From Clostridiales bacterium (GTDB lineage: Bacteria > Bacillota > Clostridia > Christensenellales > Aristaeellaceae): 64,000 nt of DNA. The stretch spans positions 30,396 through 94,395 of the forward strand of contig JAIKWZ010000050.1 of assembly GCA_024684375.1 (NCBI GenBank), written 5' to 3'. Within the stretch, counting starts at the first letter, position 1. Each line of letters begins with the position of its first letter. The notes beneath the pieces were generated by a model, which did no database searches, was not told the DNA's origin, and was given only the letters and a program-made list of their open reading frames with translations. A program made the translations under genes and the position numbers. Positions 19,472 through 28,346 of the stretch are shown piece by piece.

Positions 19472-19885
19472 ATGATAAGATACGTTGAGAGCAGGGACAA
19501 AGAAGCGTGGTACAGACTCGACCACGGCCTGCCCGATATGGGATTTGACGAGAAGGTCAGGCTCCGGCAGGGCTATGTGTATATCGAGGACGGAAAGCTC
19601 GTGGGCATACTGCGCTTTAACCTGTTCTGGGACAGTGTGCCCTTCTGCAATATGCTGTACATAGACGAAAACTACCGGGGCCGGGGCTTCGGAAGGCAGC
19701 TTATGGAGCGCTGGGAACAGGACATGAAAGATCTGGGCTGCGGGATGCTGATGACGTCCACGCAGGTAAACGAGCAGGCGCAGCACTTCTACCGCGCCCT
19801 GGGCTACAAAGACGCCGGCGGGTTCGTGGTGGACATCCCGGGATACGAACAGCCCATGGAGCTGATCATGATAAAGAGGAACTGA
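19472..19885 (+). CDS. GNAT family N-acetyltransferase
   Basis: NMLYIDENYRGRGFGRQLMERWE...FYRALGY. Confidence 0.8.
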   Translation: MIRYVESRDKEAWYRLDHGLPDMGFDEKVRLRQGYVYIEDGKLVGILRFNLFWDSVPFCNMLYIDENYRGRGFGRQLMERWEQDMKDLGCGMLMTSTQVNEQAQHFYRALGYKDAGGFVVDIPGYEQPMELIMIKRN

Positions 19886-20042
19886 GAGCTATCCCGCTGA
19901 AAGCTTCACGGCGGACTGATCGAGTGGACCATTCGTTTACTGTACCGCCCTGAGCTTCAGGGCGTAAAGACGTGAACAGGACCTGATCAGGCAAACGCTC
20001 AGGCAAAACCGGGCGGGGAGGCGAAATCCGGGGAGGATCGGC

Positions 20043-20849
20043 ATGAATTATCTGGAAGAATACTACAACACCCATGACGAGGACAGCAGACTGCTGTCTA
20101 AGCACGGTCAGATAGAGTATCTGACCACGATGAAGTACATACATGAGTATCTTTCCGGCGTTTCCGGCGCCGCGGTCCTTGAGGTCGGCGCCGGCACGGG
20201 CAGGTACAGCGTGGCGCTGGCAAAAGAAGGCTATAACGTTACGGCGGTGGAACTGGTCGCGCATAATCTGGACATACTCAGGTCAAAACTGGACGGTACG
20301 GAACCCATCACCGTTTTGCAGGGAAACGCGCTGGACTTATCGGCCCTGGCGGACGGGAAATTCGACCTTACCATGCTTCTGGGGCCGATGTACCACCTTT
20401 ACACAAAGGCCGACAAACTGCGGGCCATGTCGGAAGCCGTGCGTGTGACCAGACCGGGCGGCTGCATCATGGTCGCGTACTGCATGAACGAGCCCACGGT
20501 CATACTGTATGTGTTCGCGGCAAAGCATCTGGACGAGGTATTGGCAAACGGCATGCTGACAGAGGACTGGCATTGCAAAAGCGAGCCGAAGGAAATAATA
20601 GACCTGGTGAGAACGGAGGACATCGATTCTCTTGATTCCGTTTTCCCCGTCGAAAGGGTCAAGCTGATCGCGACGGACGGAGCCGCCCATTACCTGATGG
20701 ACATGATCGACGGCATGGACGCCGGGACCTTTTCGAGATGGATGGATTACCACTTCTCCATCTGCGAGCGCCAAGATCTGATAGGCGCGTCAAACCATAC
20801 GCTGGATATCCTGAAAAAAAGTGACAGACCACGTACTGTGGAGGCATGA
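20043..20849 (+). CDS. class I SAM-dependent methyltransferase
   Basis: GGGGAGG RBS. VLEVGAGTGRYSVALAKEGYNVTAVELV motif I plus an acidic post-I residue. Confidence 0.75.
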   Translation: MNYLEEYYNTHDEDSRLLSKHGQIEYLTTMKYIHEYLSGVSGAAVLEVGAGTGRYSVALAKEGYNVTAVELVAHNLDILRSKLDGTEPITVLQGNALDLSALADGKFDLTMLLGPMYHLYTKADKLRAMSEAVRVTRPGGCIMVAYCMNEPTVILYVFAAKHLDEVLANGMLTEDWHCKSEPKEIIDLVRTEDIDSLDSVFPVERVKLIATDGAAHYLMDMIDGMDAGTFSRWMDYHFSICERQDLIGASNHTLDILKKSDRPRTVEA

Positions 20850-20852
20850 CAA

Positions 20853-21935
20853 ATGACGTTTTTTGATCGCTTTGTTTCCTGCACCGCCGCTGGCAGCGGC
20901 AGTCAGAACTGGTTCGGTACGGACGACACCGACGAAAAGATCACCTGCCGCGTGTATTACAGGCTTTCGCGGGATACAGGGGAGTGCGCGCTGCTTTACT
21001 CGAACCTTATGGATTCCACATACGCGGACGGCAGCCACAGCCACGCCAATTTCGTGCCGGGTACCTGGACGATACATTCGCTCAGGGCAGGCAGGGCCGT
21101 TTCCTGCACCATGAAGGCAGCCGCGCAGCCCGAGAGCTTCGCGCGGGTCACGTTTGGGGGAATGGAAGAAAAGCGGGTCAATCCGGGCGAGATATTCGCC
21201 TGCGACCCCTTCCCGTTTACCGCGCGCAGGGGAGAGTACATGTGCGTGGAGATGACGTTCTCTGGAGCCCGGATCCCCTGCCACACGGAGAGCCTGCTGC
21301 CAGCGTTCAGGCTGGAAAAAGGCAGGTGGGTATACTCAACTCAGATGCCGTTTCCATCCATGGCAGGTACGCTCAGCAAAGGTGAAACGAGGCTGGGCTT
21401 TATAGGCGACTCCATCACCCAGGGCATAGGCACTCCGCGCAATACTTACACCCATGTGGCGGCGCTGGCGCAGGACGCGCTGGGAGAAAAGGTCGCCGTG
21501 TGGGATCTGGGCCTGGGCTACGGGCGCGCGCATGACGCCGCGCTGGACGGAGGCTGGCTGTACAAGGCGAGGCACAACGACGTGATGGTCGTGTGCTACG
21601 GGGTGAACGACCTGTTCCAGCTGGGGGACGCGGACCTGCTCAAACGCGATCTCACCTATATCGTGCGCGCGCTCAAACTCAGTGGCGTAAAGGTGCTCAT
21701 ACAGACCGTGCCGCCCTTTGATTACGCGCCGGAGTATCGGGACAGGTGGCTGTCCGTGAACGAATACATCAGAAAAGAACTGTCAAAGGAAGCGGACGCG
21801 CTGTTCGACAACGTGCCCGTGCTTTCCAGAAGCGGGGACGAGCCCTGGCTGTCCCGCTGGGGCGCTCATCCCAACGCGAAGGGCAACGCCGCCTGGGCAA
21901 AAGCGATCCTGCCGGTGATACGCAAGCTGTTATAA
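20853..21935 (+). CDS. SGNH/GDSL hydrolase with N-terminal extra domain
   Basis: GFIGDSITQGIG (block I Ser), CYGVNDL (block III) and a C-terminal GAHPN (block V His). Confidence 0.75.
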   Translation: MTFFDRFVSCTAAGSGSQNWFGTDDTDEKITCRVYYRLSRDTGECALLYSNLMDSTYADGSHSHANFVPGTWTIHSLRAGRAVSCTMKAAAQPESFARVTFGGMEEKRVNPGEIFACDPFPFTARRGEYMCVEMTFSGARIPCHTESLLPAFRLEKGRWVYSTQMPFPSMAGTLSKGETRLGFIGDSITQGIGTPRNTYTHVAALAQDALGEKVAVWDLGLGYGRAHDAALDGGWLYKARHNDVMVVCYGVNDLFQLGDADLLKRDLTYIVRALKLSGVKVLIQTVPPFDYAPEYRDRWLSVNEYIRKELSKEADALFDNVPVLSRSGDEPWLSRWGAHPNAKGNAAWAKAILPVIRKLL

Positions 21936-22002
21936 ACTGTCAGAGGCGGCATTCGGGGCACATTCCGAAAGGAAGCTGTTTTCAGGCAGGCAACTGCCTG
22001 AA

Positions 22003-22046
22003 AAAAAAGAAACAGGCGTGACCGTGAAGGTCACGCCTGTTTTGTC
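22003..22046. terminator. bidirectional rho-independent terminator between the SGNH gene (+) and the VOC gene (-)
   Basis: 12-bp stem ACAGGCGTGACC/GGTCACGCCTGT (22012-22040), preceded by an A-tract and followed by TTTTGTCTG. A second hairpin TTCAGGCAG-gcaa-CTGCCTGAA lies at 21981-22002. Confidence 0.7.
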
Positions 22047-22131
22047 TGTATACTGCGGGTATTGGAGCGCAGGATCCGATGCCCGCAGTACCTGCGGACA
22101 CGAAAATGGCATCTCAGCAAACCGGAATTTG

Positions 22132-22518
22132 TTAAATTGATATCCACCAGCACACCCCATATTTATCAATAATGGTGGCACAGCATTTACTCCATGGAAG
22201 TTCTCCGATAGGTTCGATAATTACACCCCCATCGATCAAAACTTGAAAAGCATTATAAACAGCTTCTTCTGTTCCCATTTCAAAAACGTTAAAGGTCATC
22301 GTTTCCCACTTGTATTTATGTACTATATCTATATCACAGGGATTTTTCGCTTCTGCCAATGCCAGAAAACCTTCCCCGTTTACAGATAGCTCACAGTGCT
22401 CATAAGCAGTGTTATCTTCGTTTTTATACTCACGAGTTATTTCTGCTCCAAAGGCTTTGCAGTATGTTGCTGCTGCTTCAAAACTGTTTTTTACATATAC
22501 TTGTGTATAATTCTTCAT
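22132..22518 (-). CDS. VOC (glyoxalase/bleomycin-resistance fold, PhnB-like) family protein
   Basis: Start taken at MKNYTQVYV. C-terminal LPWSKCCATIIDKYGVCWWI resembles PhnB-like VOC proteins. About 40% G+C by hand count. Confidence 0.65.
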   Translation of the reverse strand: MKNYTQVYVKNSFEAAATYCKAFGAEITREYKNEDNTAYEHCELSVNGEGFLALAEAKNPCDIDIVHKYKWETMTFNVFEMGTEEAVYNAFQVLIDGGVIIEPIGELPWSKCCATIIDKYGVCWWISI

Positions 22519-22670
22519 CGCAACCTCCACAGATTCCGATTCGTCGGGAATATGATAACATATAGAACCGGCATAATCAATCAAGCTTTGACAGTCACGC
22601 TAAAAAGAGGGAAGGAGACGCTTCCTGACGAAGTGCCTCCCCCCCGGGCTCAGCCTCTGAGCCTTGACCA

Positions 22671-23969
22671 CTATATCTCCCTTATCCTCTTATTGAACAC
22701 CATCAGTATCGCGGTCACGGTGAACCCGAGGGCGCAGAAGGCCAGCAGCACGGAGCTGCCCCAGCCTTCCAGCGCCGCGCCTGCCAGCACGGAAGCGATG
22801 GGCATCATGCCCTGGGAGCCGATGCTGGTGATGCTGGAGACCTTGCTTAATTTATCCCTGTCAACCACCCGCATCAGCACGGTAGTGGCGGGGATGTTGA
22901 TATATGAGATGAGGAAGCCCGTCACCAGGCAGCCGATGGAGAATGAGATAAGGAAAGCGTTGATGGACGCGCCCCTGTCCACCAGCAGCCAGTAGCTGAG
23001 TGCCAGGCCGATGATGACAGCGGACATCGCGCACAGCCTGAGCGCGTTGGAATAGCCGCATTTTTCCGCGGGCTTGCGGGCGGAGAGTATCGCCGCGCCT
23101 GCCAGGGAGCTTATTCCGATACATACGCTGAACACGGAGGACCAGAGCTCCGGCGTGAGCACTTTGTCAAGCAGGTAGGAAGGCGCCTGGACCAGGTCCG
23201 TTTTTATGAAATATGGAAGGAAATTGCCCGTTACTGGCGCGAAGAAGAAGTTGATAAACAGTATCGCGCCTATCATGGCGAGTATCGCCTTTTTGGTCTT
23301 TAAGTAACTGATGCCTTCACCCATATCCTTCAGCGCCAGGCGCAGGGTCAGCTTTTCATCGGACGGACGGTGCTCGTATCTTATGAACATCTCCGATACT
23401 CCCGAGGCCACGTAAGCCGCGCCCACCATGAAGAACAGCGCGTACACGGGCAGCGCGGCGTAGAGTATGCCCGCCAGTATTATGCCCAGTATGCCCTCAA
23501 GTGAGCTTTTAATAGCGGAGTAGGAATTTGCCTGCTGCAGCTGTGCATCGTCCAGTATGTGGGGAAACAGCGCGCCTGACGCGGGAGAAAACACGCCGCT
23601 CACCGAGTGTCCCAGTATGCCTATCGCGAAAAGCACCGCTATATGGGCGTCTGCTTCCCTGAACAGCAGCATCAGCGCGGTGCCCAGCAGTATGATCCCG
23701 CCCTTCAGGTAGTCGCACAGGTACATGATCTTCGCCTTGTTGAAACGGTCTCCCATCACGCCGCCGACAGGGGTGAACACCAGCATCGCCACGCCGCACA
23801 GCGCCAGGTACAGCCCCTGCAAAAACGCGTTGTTGTTGCTGATCTCCAGTATGTAGAAGCTCACCGCGAAGCTGTAGAGTATCGAGCCCAGCTCCGACAC
23901 CAGCGCCCCGAAGAACACAAGTCGGAAATTGCGGTTTGAGAATACGTTTTGTTTTTTTTCAGTTTCCAT
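22671..23969 (-). CDS. MFS transporter
   Basis: 432 aa with about 12 TM segments. The loop PVGGVMGDRFNKAKIM is the MFS motif A. Confidence 0.8.
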   Translation of the reverse strand: METEKKQNVFSNRNFRLVFFGALVSELGSILYSFAVSFYILEISNNNAFLQGLYLALCGVAMLVFTPVGGVMGDRFNKAKIMYLCDYLKGGIILLGTALMLLFREADAHIAVLFAIGILGHSVSGVFSPASGALFPHILDDAQLQQANSYSAIKSSLEGILGIILAGILYAALPVYALFFMVGAAYVASGVSEMFIRYEHRPSDEKLTLRLALKDMGEGISYLKTKKAILAMIGAILFINFFFAPVTGNFLPYFIKTDLVQAPSYLLDKVLTPELWSSVFSVCIGISSLAGAAILSARKPAEKCGYSNALRLCAMSAVIIGLALSYWLLVDRGASINAFLISFSIGCLVTGFLISYINIPATTVLMRVVDRDKLSKVSSITSIGSQGMMPIASVLAGAALEGWGSSVLLAFCALGFTVTAILMVFNKRIREI

Positions 23970-25035
23970 TTTTTATTATTTCCTCCCATTTCGCGGTAAG
24001 TTTTTCGTCTTTTGCCAGTTCAAGCACGTTCCTGACGCTGCCCGTCGCCGTGGCGCCGAATGCGTCCACGAACATCGTCTCCTTCAGGTCTTCGGCGAAG
24101 CGCGCGGTCTTCAGGCTGTAGTCAGGAGTGGAATCGAACGCGAGCGCCGTATCGGCCGCCTGCCTGAGCGTGGCTTCGGCTTCACCGTCAAGCCCGGCCA
24201 TCGACTGTACGTGGGCCAGCATCGCCAGCATCTCGGCGCGGGTCTTTTCCAGCGCGTCGGGTTTCTCTTCCAGTCTGAGCCCGCTTAAAAATACCAGCAT
24301 CCAGCGCATCATCGCCAGCGCGGAGTTCCAGTCCTTCCGCGCGCAATACACGAACACGTAGCTCAGTATCGTATCGAAAAATGTCGATATCACATTCAGC
24401 AGCGCCTTGGTCAGATAGGGCACGGCTTCCTCCGTCCTGTTCAGATACACGGCCAGGCACGCGCCGATATAGTGGTTGAACTCGCCCGTCGCATTGCTGC
24501 GCTTGAGCAGCTCCAGACACTTTTCCTTTTCACCCAGCATCAGGAGCACGTGGGCCATGGCGCCGTTCAGGGACGTCTCGCTCACGCTTTTATCGTCGCT
24601 CTGTCCGATCAGCAGCCTCGCCTGCTCCAGCAGCTCCCGTGTCCTGTTAAGCTGCGCCTTATCCCGGCTGCCCGCCGCGTAGGCCAGGTATACACCGGCG
24701 CAGCGATACACCGCGCGGAAGGAGTGGGGGTATTTGGCCAGTATCTTTTCCGCCTGTACGAGCGCTTCGGGATCCAGGACCCGGGAGTATTCTACCAGGC
24801 GCTCCAGCGCGCTCTCCAGCCTGTTGTCGTTGAGCCGGCAGCCCAAAAGCGCGTCCACAGAGGTGTCGAAAAAGTCCGCTATCTCAACTATCAGGCTGAG
24901 TTCCGGCTGGGAAAGCCCGTTTTCCCACTTGTATACCGCGCCCACCGTCACGCCCAGCGCCGCTGCCAGGCTTTCCTGGGTCATGTGCCTCTCTTTGCGC
25001 AGCAGGCGTATGTTTTCGGCCAGTTTCAGTTTCAC
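23959..25035 (-). CDS. XRE-family HTH transcriptional regulator with helical-repeat C-terminal domain
   Basis: N-terminal LAENIRLLRKERHMTQESLAAALGVTVGAVYKWENG. Its 3' end overlaps the MFS start by 11 nt. Confidence 0.8.
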   Translation of the reverse strand: MKLKLAENIRLLRKERHMTQESLAAALGVTVGAVYKWENGLSQPELSLIVEIADFFDTSVDALLGCRLNDNRLESALERLVEYSRVLDPEALVQAEKILAKYPHSFRAVYRCAGVYLAYAAGSRDKAQLNRTRELLEQARLLIGQSDDKSVSETSLNGAMAHVLLMLGEKEKCLELLKRSNATGEFNHYIGACLAVYLNRTEEAVPYLTKALLNVISTFFDTILSYVFVYCARKDWNSALAMMRWMLVFLSGLRLEEKPDALEKTRAEMLAMLAHVQSMAGLDGEAEATLRQAADTALAFDSTPDYSLKTARFAEDLKETMFVDAFGATATGSVRNVLELAKDEKLTAKWEEIIKNGN

Positions 25036-25066
25036 TTTCGCCGCCTCCTGTATTGCTTATGCCGTA

Positions 25067-25075
25067 ATTATATCA
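25067..25075 (-). promoter_or_regulatory. candidate extended -10 element (TGATATAAT) for the XRE-MFS operon
   Basis: The reverse complement of 25067-25075 reads TGATATAAT, about 32 nt upstream of the ATG with an AGGAGG RBS between. No good -35. Confidence 0.35.
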
Positions 25076-25200
25076 GACCGCCTCGGGGAATGGAAGCCAC
25101 TGTCAATACCAATAAGATAAAAATTTTTATACCAACAGTATGGTTTATGTTACGAGACGGCAAAAACGGCAGGGTCGGCTTTTCATTCCGCGTGTTCTCA

Positions 25201-25208
25201 TGTATAAT
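25201..25208 (+). promoter_or_regulatory. candidate extended -10 element (TGTATAAT) for the GNAT - P-loop - GNAT operon
   Basis: TGTATAAT at 25201-25208, 32 nt upstream of ATG 25240, with a GAGGAGG RBS. Confidence 0.4.
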
Positions 25209-25239
25209 ACCGTTATCTCGGATATTCGAGGAGGATAAG

Positions 25240-25737
25240 ATGGTTTTCAGGCAGGCCGGGCAGGCTGACGCGCAGACAGTGCTTGCCCTGTACAATTCGG
25301 TAAAAGGCACGCCGTTTTGCGTGTGGGACGAGGATTATCCCGGAGAGGAAGAAATAAGGGGCGACCTGGCCGCGCGGTGTCTGTACGTGCTGGAGGACAT
25401 GGGGGAAACGGTCGGCGCTGTCTCGATCGTTCCTGAAAACGAGACGGACCGGTTCGAATGCTGGAAAGTCAGGCAAAACGCGCGGGAGTTCGCGCGTGTG
25501 GTCATCAGGCCGGATCATCAGGGCAGGGGCCTGTCGCGCCTGCTCGTTGAGGGCGTAGTAAAGGAACTGCGCGCCCGCGGCGCCGAAGCGATACATATCT
25601 CAGTAGCCAAAACAAATATCCCCGCCGGAAGGCTCTACGCCAAAGCGGGATTTACTGTGCGCGGTGAAGCGGACATATTCGGCGGCAGCTATTACCTGTG
25701 CGAGATGGTTTTAGACACGGAGGTCGGCAAACAGTGA
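25240..25737 (+). CDS. GNAT family N-acetyltransferase
   Basis: The real start is ATG 25240; the long track ORF from 24472 is antisense to the XRE gene. VVIRPDHQGRGLSRLLVEGV...LYAKAGF. Confidence 0.8.
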   Translation: MVFRQAGQADAQTVLALYNSVKGTPFCVWDEDYPGEEEIRGDLAARCLYVLEDMGETVGAVSIVPENETDRFECWKVRQNAREFARVVIRPDHQGRGLSRLLVEGVVKELRARGAEAIHISVAKTNIPAGRLYAKAGFTVRGEADIFGGSYYLCEMVLDTEVGKQ

Positions 25738-26402
25738 AAATAGAAAACAATATCCTAAGGCACTATCTGAAAAACGTGTACTTCATAACCGGCACGGCGT
25801 ACGCGGGCAAATCCACGATGGTCAAAATGCTCTCGGAACGCTACGGCCTCGTCTGCTGCGGCGAAAACTACCATTCCCGAGTGTCCGACACGGTGGCTTC
25901 GCCCGATAAGCAGCCGGACATATACTGGCTGAACAACCTGACCGACTGGAAGGAATTCGTGCTGCGCTCACCCGCGGAGTACGAGCGCTGGATCTTTTCC
26001 GTGGCAAGGGAGGCGGCGGGATTCGAGGTCGCGGAGCTCATTTCCCTGTCAAAGGACAATAAAGTGATCGCGGACACCAATATCCCTTTGGACATACTGC
26101 GCGAGATAACTGACTATCGGCACGTGGCGGTGCTGCTCTCGCCGCAGTCCCTGAGCGTGGACAGGTTTTTCGACCGGGAGGACCCGGAAAAGCGCTTTTT
26201 GCTGGACGTGATAAACCGCTGCCCCGACCCCGAAGCGGCCATGGAAAACTACAAAGAGGGGCTAAAGCTCATAAACAGCCAAAAGCATTACGACGAATAC
26301 GCGGGCAGCGGTTTTTTTACGCTGGTCAGGCCGGACGACGGCAAGGACACAAGGGAAGAGGTGTGCCAAAGGCTGGCCGCGCATTTCGGTCTGAGCAGCT
26401 GA
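25734..26402 (+). CDS. P-loop NTPase / small-molecule or nucleotide kinase-like protein
   Basis: GTGA start/stop overlap with the upstream GNAT. Walker A GTAYAGKST. About 220 aa. Confidence 0.55.
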   Translation: MKIENNILRHYLKNVYFITGTAYAGKSTMVKMLSERYGLVCCGENYHSRVSDTVASPDKQPDIYWLNNLTDWKEFVLRSPAEYERWIFSVAREAAGFEVAELISLSKDNKVIADTNIPLDILREITDYRHVAVLLSPQSLSVDRFFDREDPEKRFLLDVINRCPDPEAAMENYKEGLKLINSQKHYDEYAGSGFFTLVRPDDGKDTREEVCQRLAAHFGLSS

Positions 26403-26417
26403 AGCGGGAGGAGCGTT

Positions 26418-27233
26418 ATGGACGCGTTTTTTGACGAGAGGGACAAAAGACTGCTTGAAAAGGACAAATATACCTTTTGCGTGATGAAACGTGTGATGGA
26501 CGGGGACTGCGCCCTCAGGCTCTCCGACCACGAAAAGCTGATCGTGTGCTACACGGGCAGGCCCTACCCCGTGTGGGTCTGGACAAAGGACGGCGCCGAA
26601 AACGAAACCATGGAAACCGCCTGGCGCCTGCTGAACGAGCATGGGCTCATGCGGCCGGGCCAGCGCTTCAACCTCAAGTATCCTCTGGCGGAGTTCTTTA
26701 TCGGCAGGGCGGAAAAGGAGGGCAGGCGGCTGTCCGTATCCACCAACATGTTCGCTTACGACTGCCCTGAGCCAAAGGCTCCCCGTGTAAAGGCGGAAGG
26801 ATGCCTGCATAAGTGCGCGCGGGAGGATGCGCGGGAGCTGTCAGACTTTATCCGCATGATGGCCGAGGAACTGGACAGCGACAAAAAAACCGCGTCCGAA
26901 TATCTTGAGGACGCGGAGAAATTCATTTCGCAGGGCAATACGTATTTCTGGCAGGACGCGGAGGGCAGCAACGTTGCCAGCTGCAAATTCAATCCCGGCG
27001 GAGAGCTGGCGTCCGTGGCGCTGGTGTTCACCCGTCCGGAATACCGCCGCAGACACTACGCCGAAAACCTGGTGTATCAGGTGACGCTGAAGGCGCTGGA
27101 GGCGGGCTGTCTCCCAATGCTGTACACGGACGCGGATTACGCCGCGTCCAACGCCTGCTACACGAAGATAGGGTACAGGTTAAGGGGAAAACTCTGCACT
27201 GTGGAATGCGGGGAAAGGACAGCGCCGGACTGA
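26418..27233 (+). CDS. GNAT-domain protein with N-terminal extension
   Basis: GGGAGG RBS. C-terminal VALVFTRPEYRRRHYAENLVYQV...CYTKIGY is a GNAT-like motif A/B. Confidence 0.6.
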   Translation: MDAFFDERDKRLLEKDKYTFCVMKRVMDGDCALRLSDHEKLIVCYTGRPYPVWVWTKDGAENETMETAWRLLNEHGLMRPGQRFNLKYPLAEFFIGRAEKEGRRLSVSTNMFAYDCPEPKAPRVKAEGCLHKCAREDARELSDFIRMMAEELDSDKKTASEYLEDAEKFISQGNTYFWQDAEGSNVASCKFNPGGELASVALVFTRPEYRRRHYAENLVYQVTLKALEAGCLPMLYTDADYAASNACYTKIGYRLRGKLCTVECGERTAPD

Positions 27234-27260
27234 CGAAACGAAGGCTGCTCAGCGCTTCCC

Positions 27261-28316
27261 TCATCCGTGCCAGGGCATGCGCTCGGAACAGACGGGTACA
27301 TAAGGCGAAGACAGCGCTTCTTTGAGTTTTACCGTGAAATACGCATCCTCCAGCGCTTCCTTGAGCGGATAGGGCGACGGGCCGCCGTTTATGTATCCGC
27401 CCATGTCCAATAGCAGGGACGCGATGGCGAACTCGTCCTGCGCGGTGTCGCCGGTCAGCCCTGCCAGCGGCACCCTGCGCCGGTCGCGCAGCGCCTGAGT
27501 GTCGAGGACGCGGTATTTTTCGGGAATATCGGCATTGAGCAGCCTCCATTCGGGCGCGCCGGCGGCGTTAACGAAGGCGAGCGAAGCGTCGCTCACCTCA
27601 CCGCGGCTGCCCCGCACGGTCAGATGCTTTGAGCGGATGAAGGAGCGGTACTGGGCGGCGCAGAAGTCGTAGACAGCGAACCTGCCCGAAGCGAAGGTTA
27701 TGAGCGCGGCGTCCCGGCTGACCTCGGTCTCTTTCCCGTCCCAATAGGCAGTCTCACGGGAGTCGGTCCTGACCAGGGAGTTTTTCTGCGTCATGGCCCG
27801 TATAGTGAAGCTTTCGCCCGCAGGAAGCAGGAGCGCTTTCCTTATCAGGCTCGCGGCATGGTACTCGTGGGCGAGAGAGACGTACGCGGATGAAGGAGTG
27901 CCTATCAGTCCTTCGCTTATGGCGCTCAGGGCGTTCATCAGTACGGGCTGGCGGTGGTACTGCTCCGAGCAGACGACTTTCGCGCCCTGCTTTTCCAGCT
28001 CCCAAAGTTTCAGGAGCTGTTCGGGCGTTTCGCCAACGGGCGTCTCCGCGAGCACGGGGAAGCCCTTGTTTATCCACTCTTCCGCCACCTGGAAAATGTG
28101 CGCTCTGTCCACGGCGATCACCGCGAAGTCCGGGCGGAAGCAGCAGCACTCGCTTTCGCTCAGCGTGGCGGGAATGCCCGTGTCGGCGGTCATCTTTTCC
28201 GCCTTTTCCTGAGACCTGCACAGAAACAGCGCCCTGAACAGCCCGGGATGCGCCGCTGCGATCCTTCCGAAATACTCCGCTCTGTAGCCGGAGCCCACGA
28301 TTATGTATGAAAGCAT
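27261..28316 (-). CDS. Gfo/Idh/MocA family oxidoreductase
   Basis: ATG 28316 lies 9 nt after GGAGG. N-terminal IIVGSGYRAEYF Rossmann loop and INKGFPVLAETP. Confidence 0.75.
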   Translation of the reverse strand: MLSYIIVGSGYRAEYFGRIAAAHPGLFRALFLCRSQEKAEKMTADTGIPATLSESECCCFRPDFAVIAVDRAHIFQVAEEWINKGFPVLAETPVGETPEQLLKLWELEKQGAKVVCSEQYHRQPVLMNALSAISEGLIGTPSSAYVSLAHEYHAASLIRKALLLPAGESFTIRAMTQKNSLVRTDSRETAYWDGKETEVSRDAALITFASGRFAVYDFCAAQYRSFIRSKHLTVRGSRGEVSDASLAFVNAAGAPEWRLLNADIPEKYRVLDTQALRDRRRVPLAGLTGDTAQDEFAIASLLLDMGGYINGGPSPYPLKEALEDAYFTVKLKEALSSPYVPVCSERMPWHG

Positions 28317-28346
28317 GAACAAAGGCCTCCTGTCGGATCAAAACGT

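Noticed and set aside
24472-25239. N-terminal 256 aa of the 421-aa track ORF that ends as a GNAT.
   Set aside because: This part is antisense to the XRE regulator and crosses the divergent promoter region. The GNAT domain begins at ATG 25240, which has a GAGGAGG RBS.
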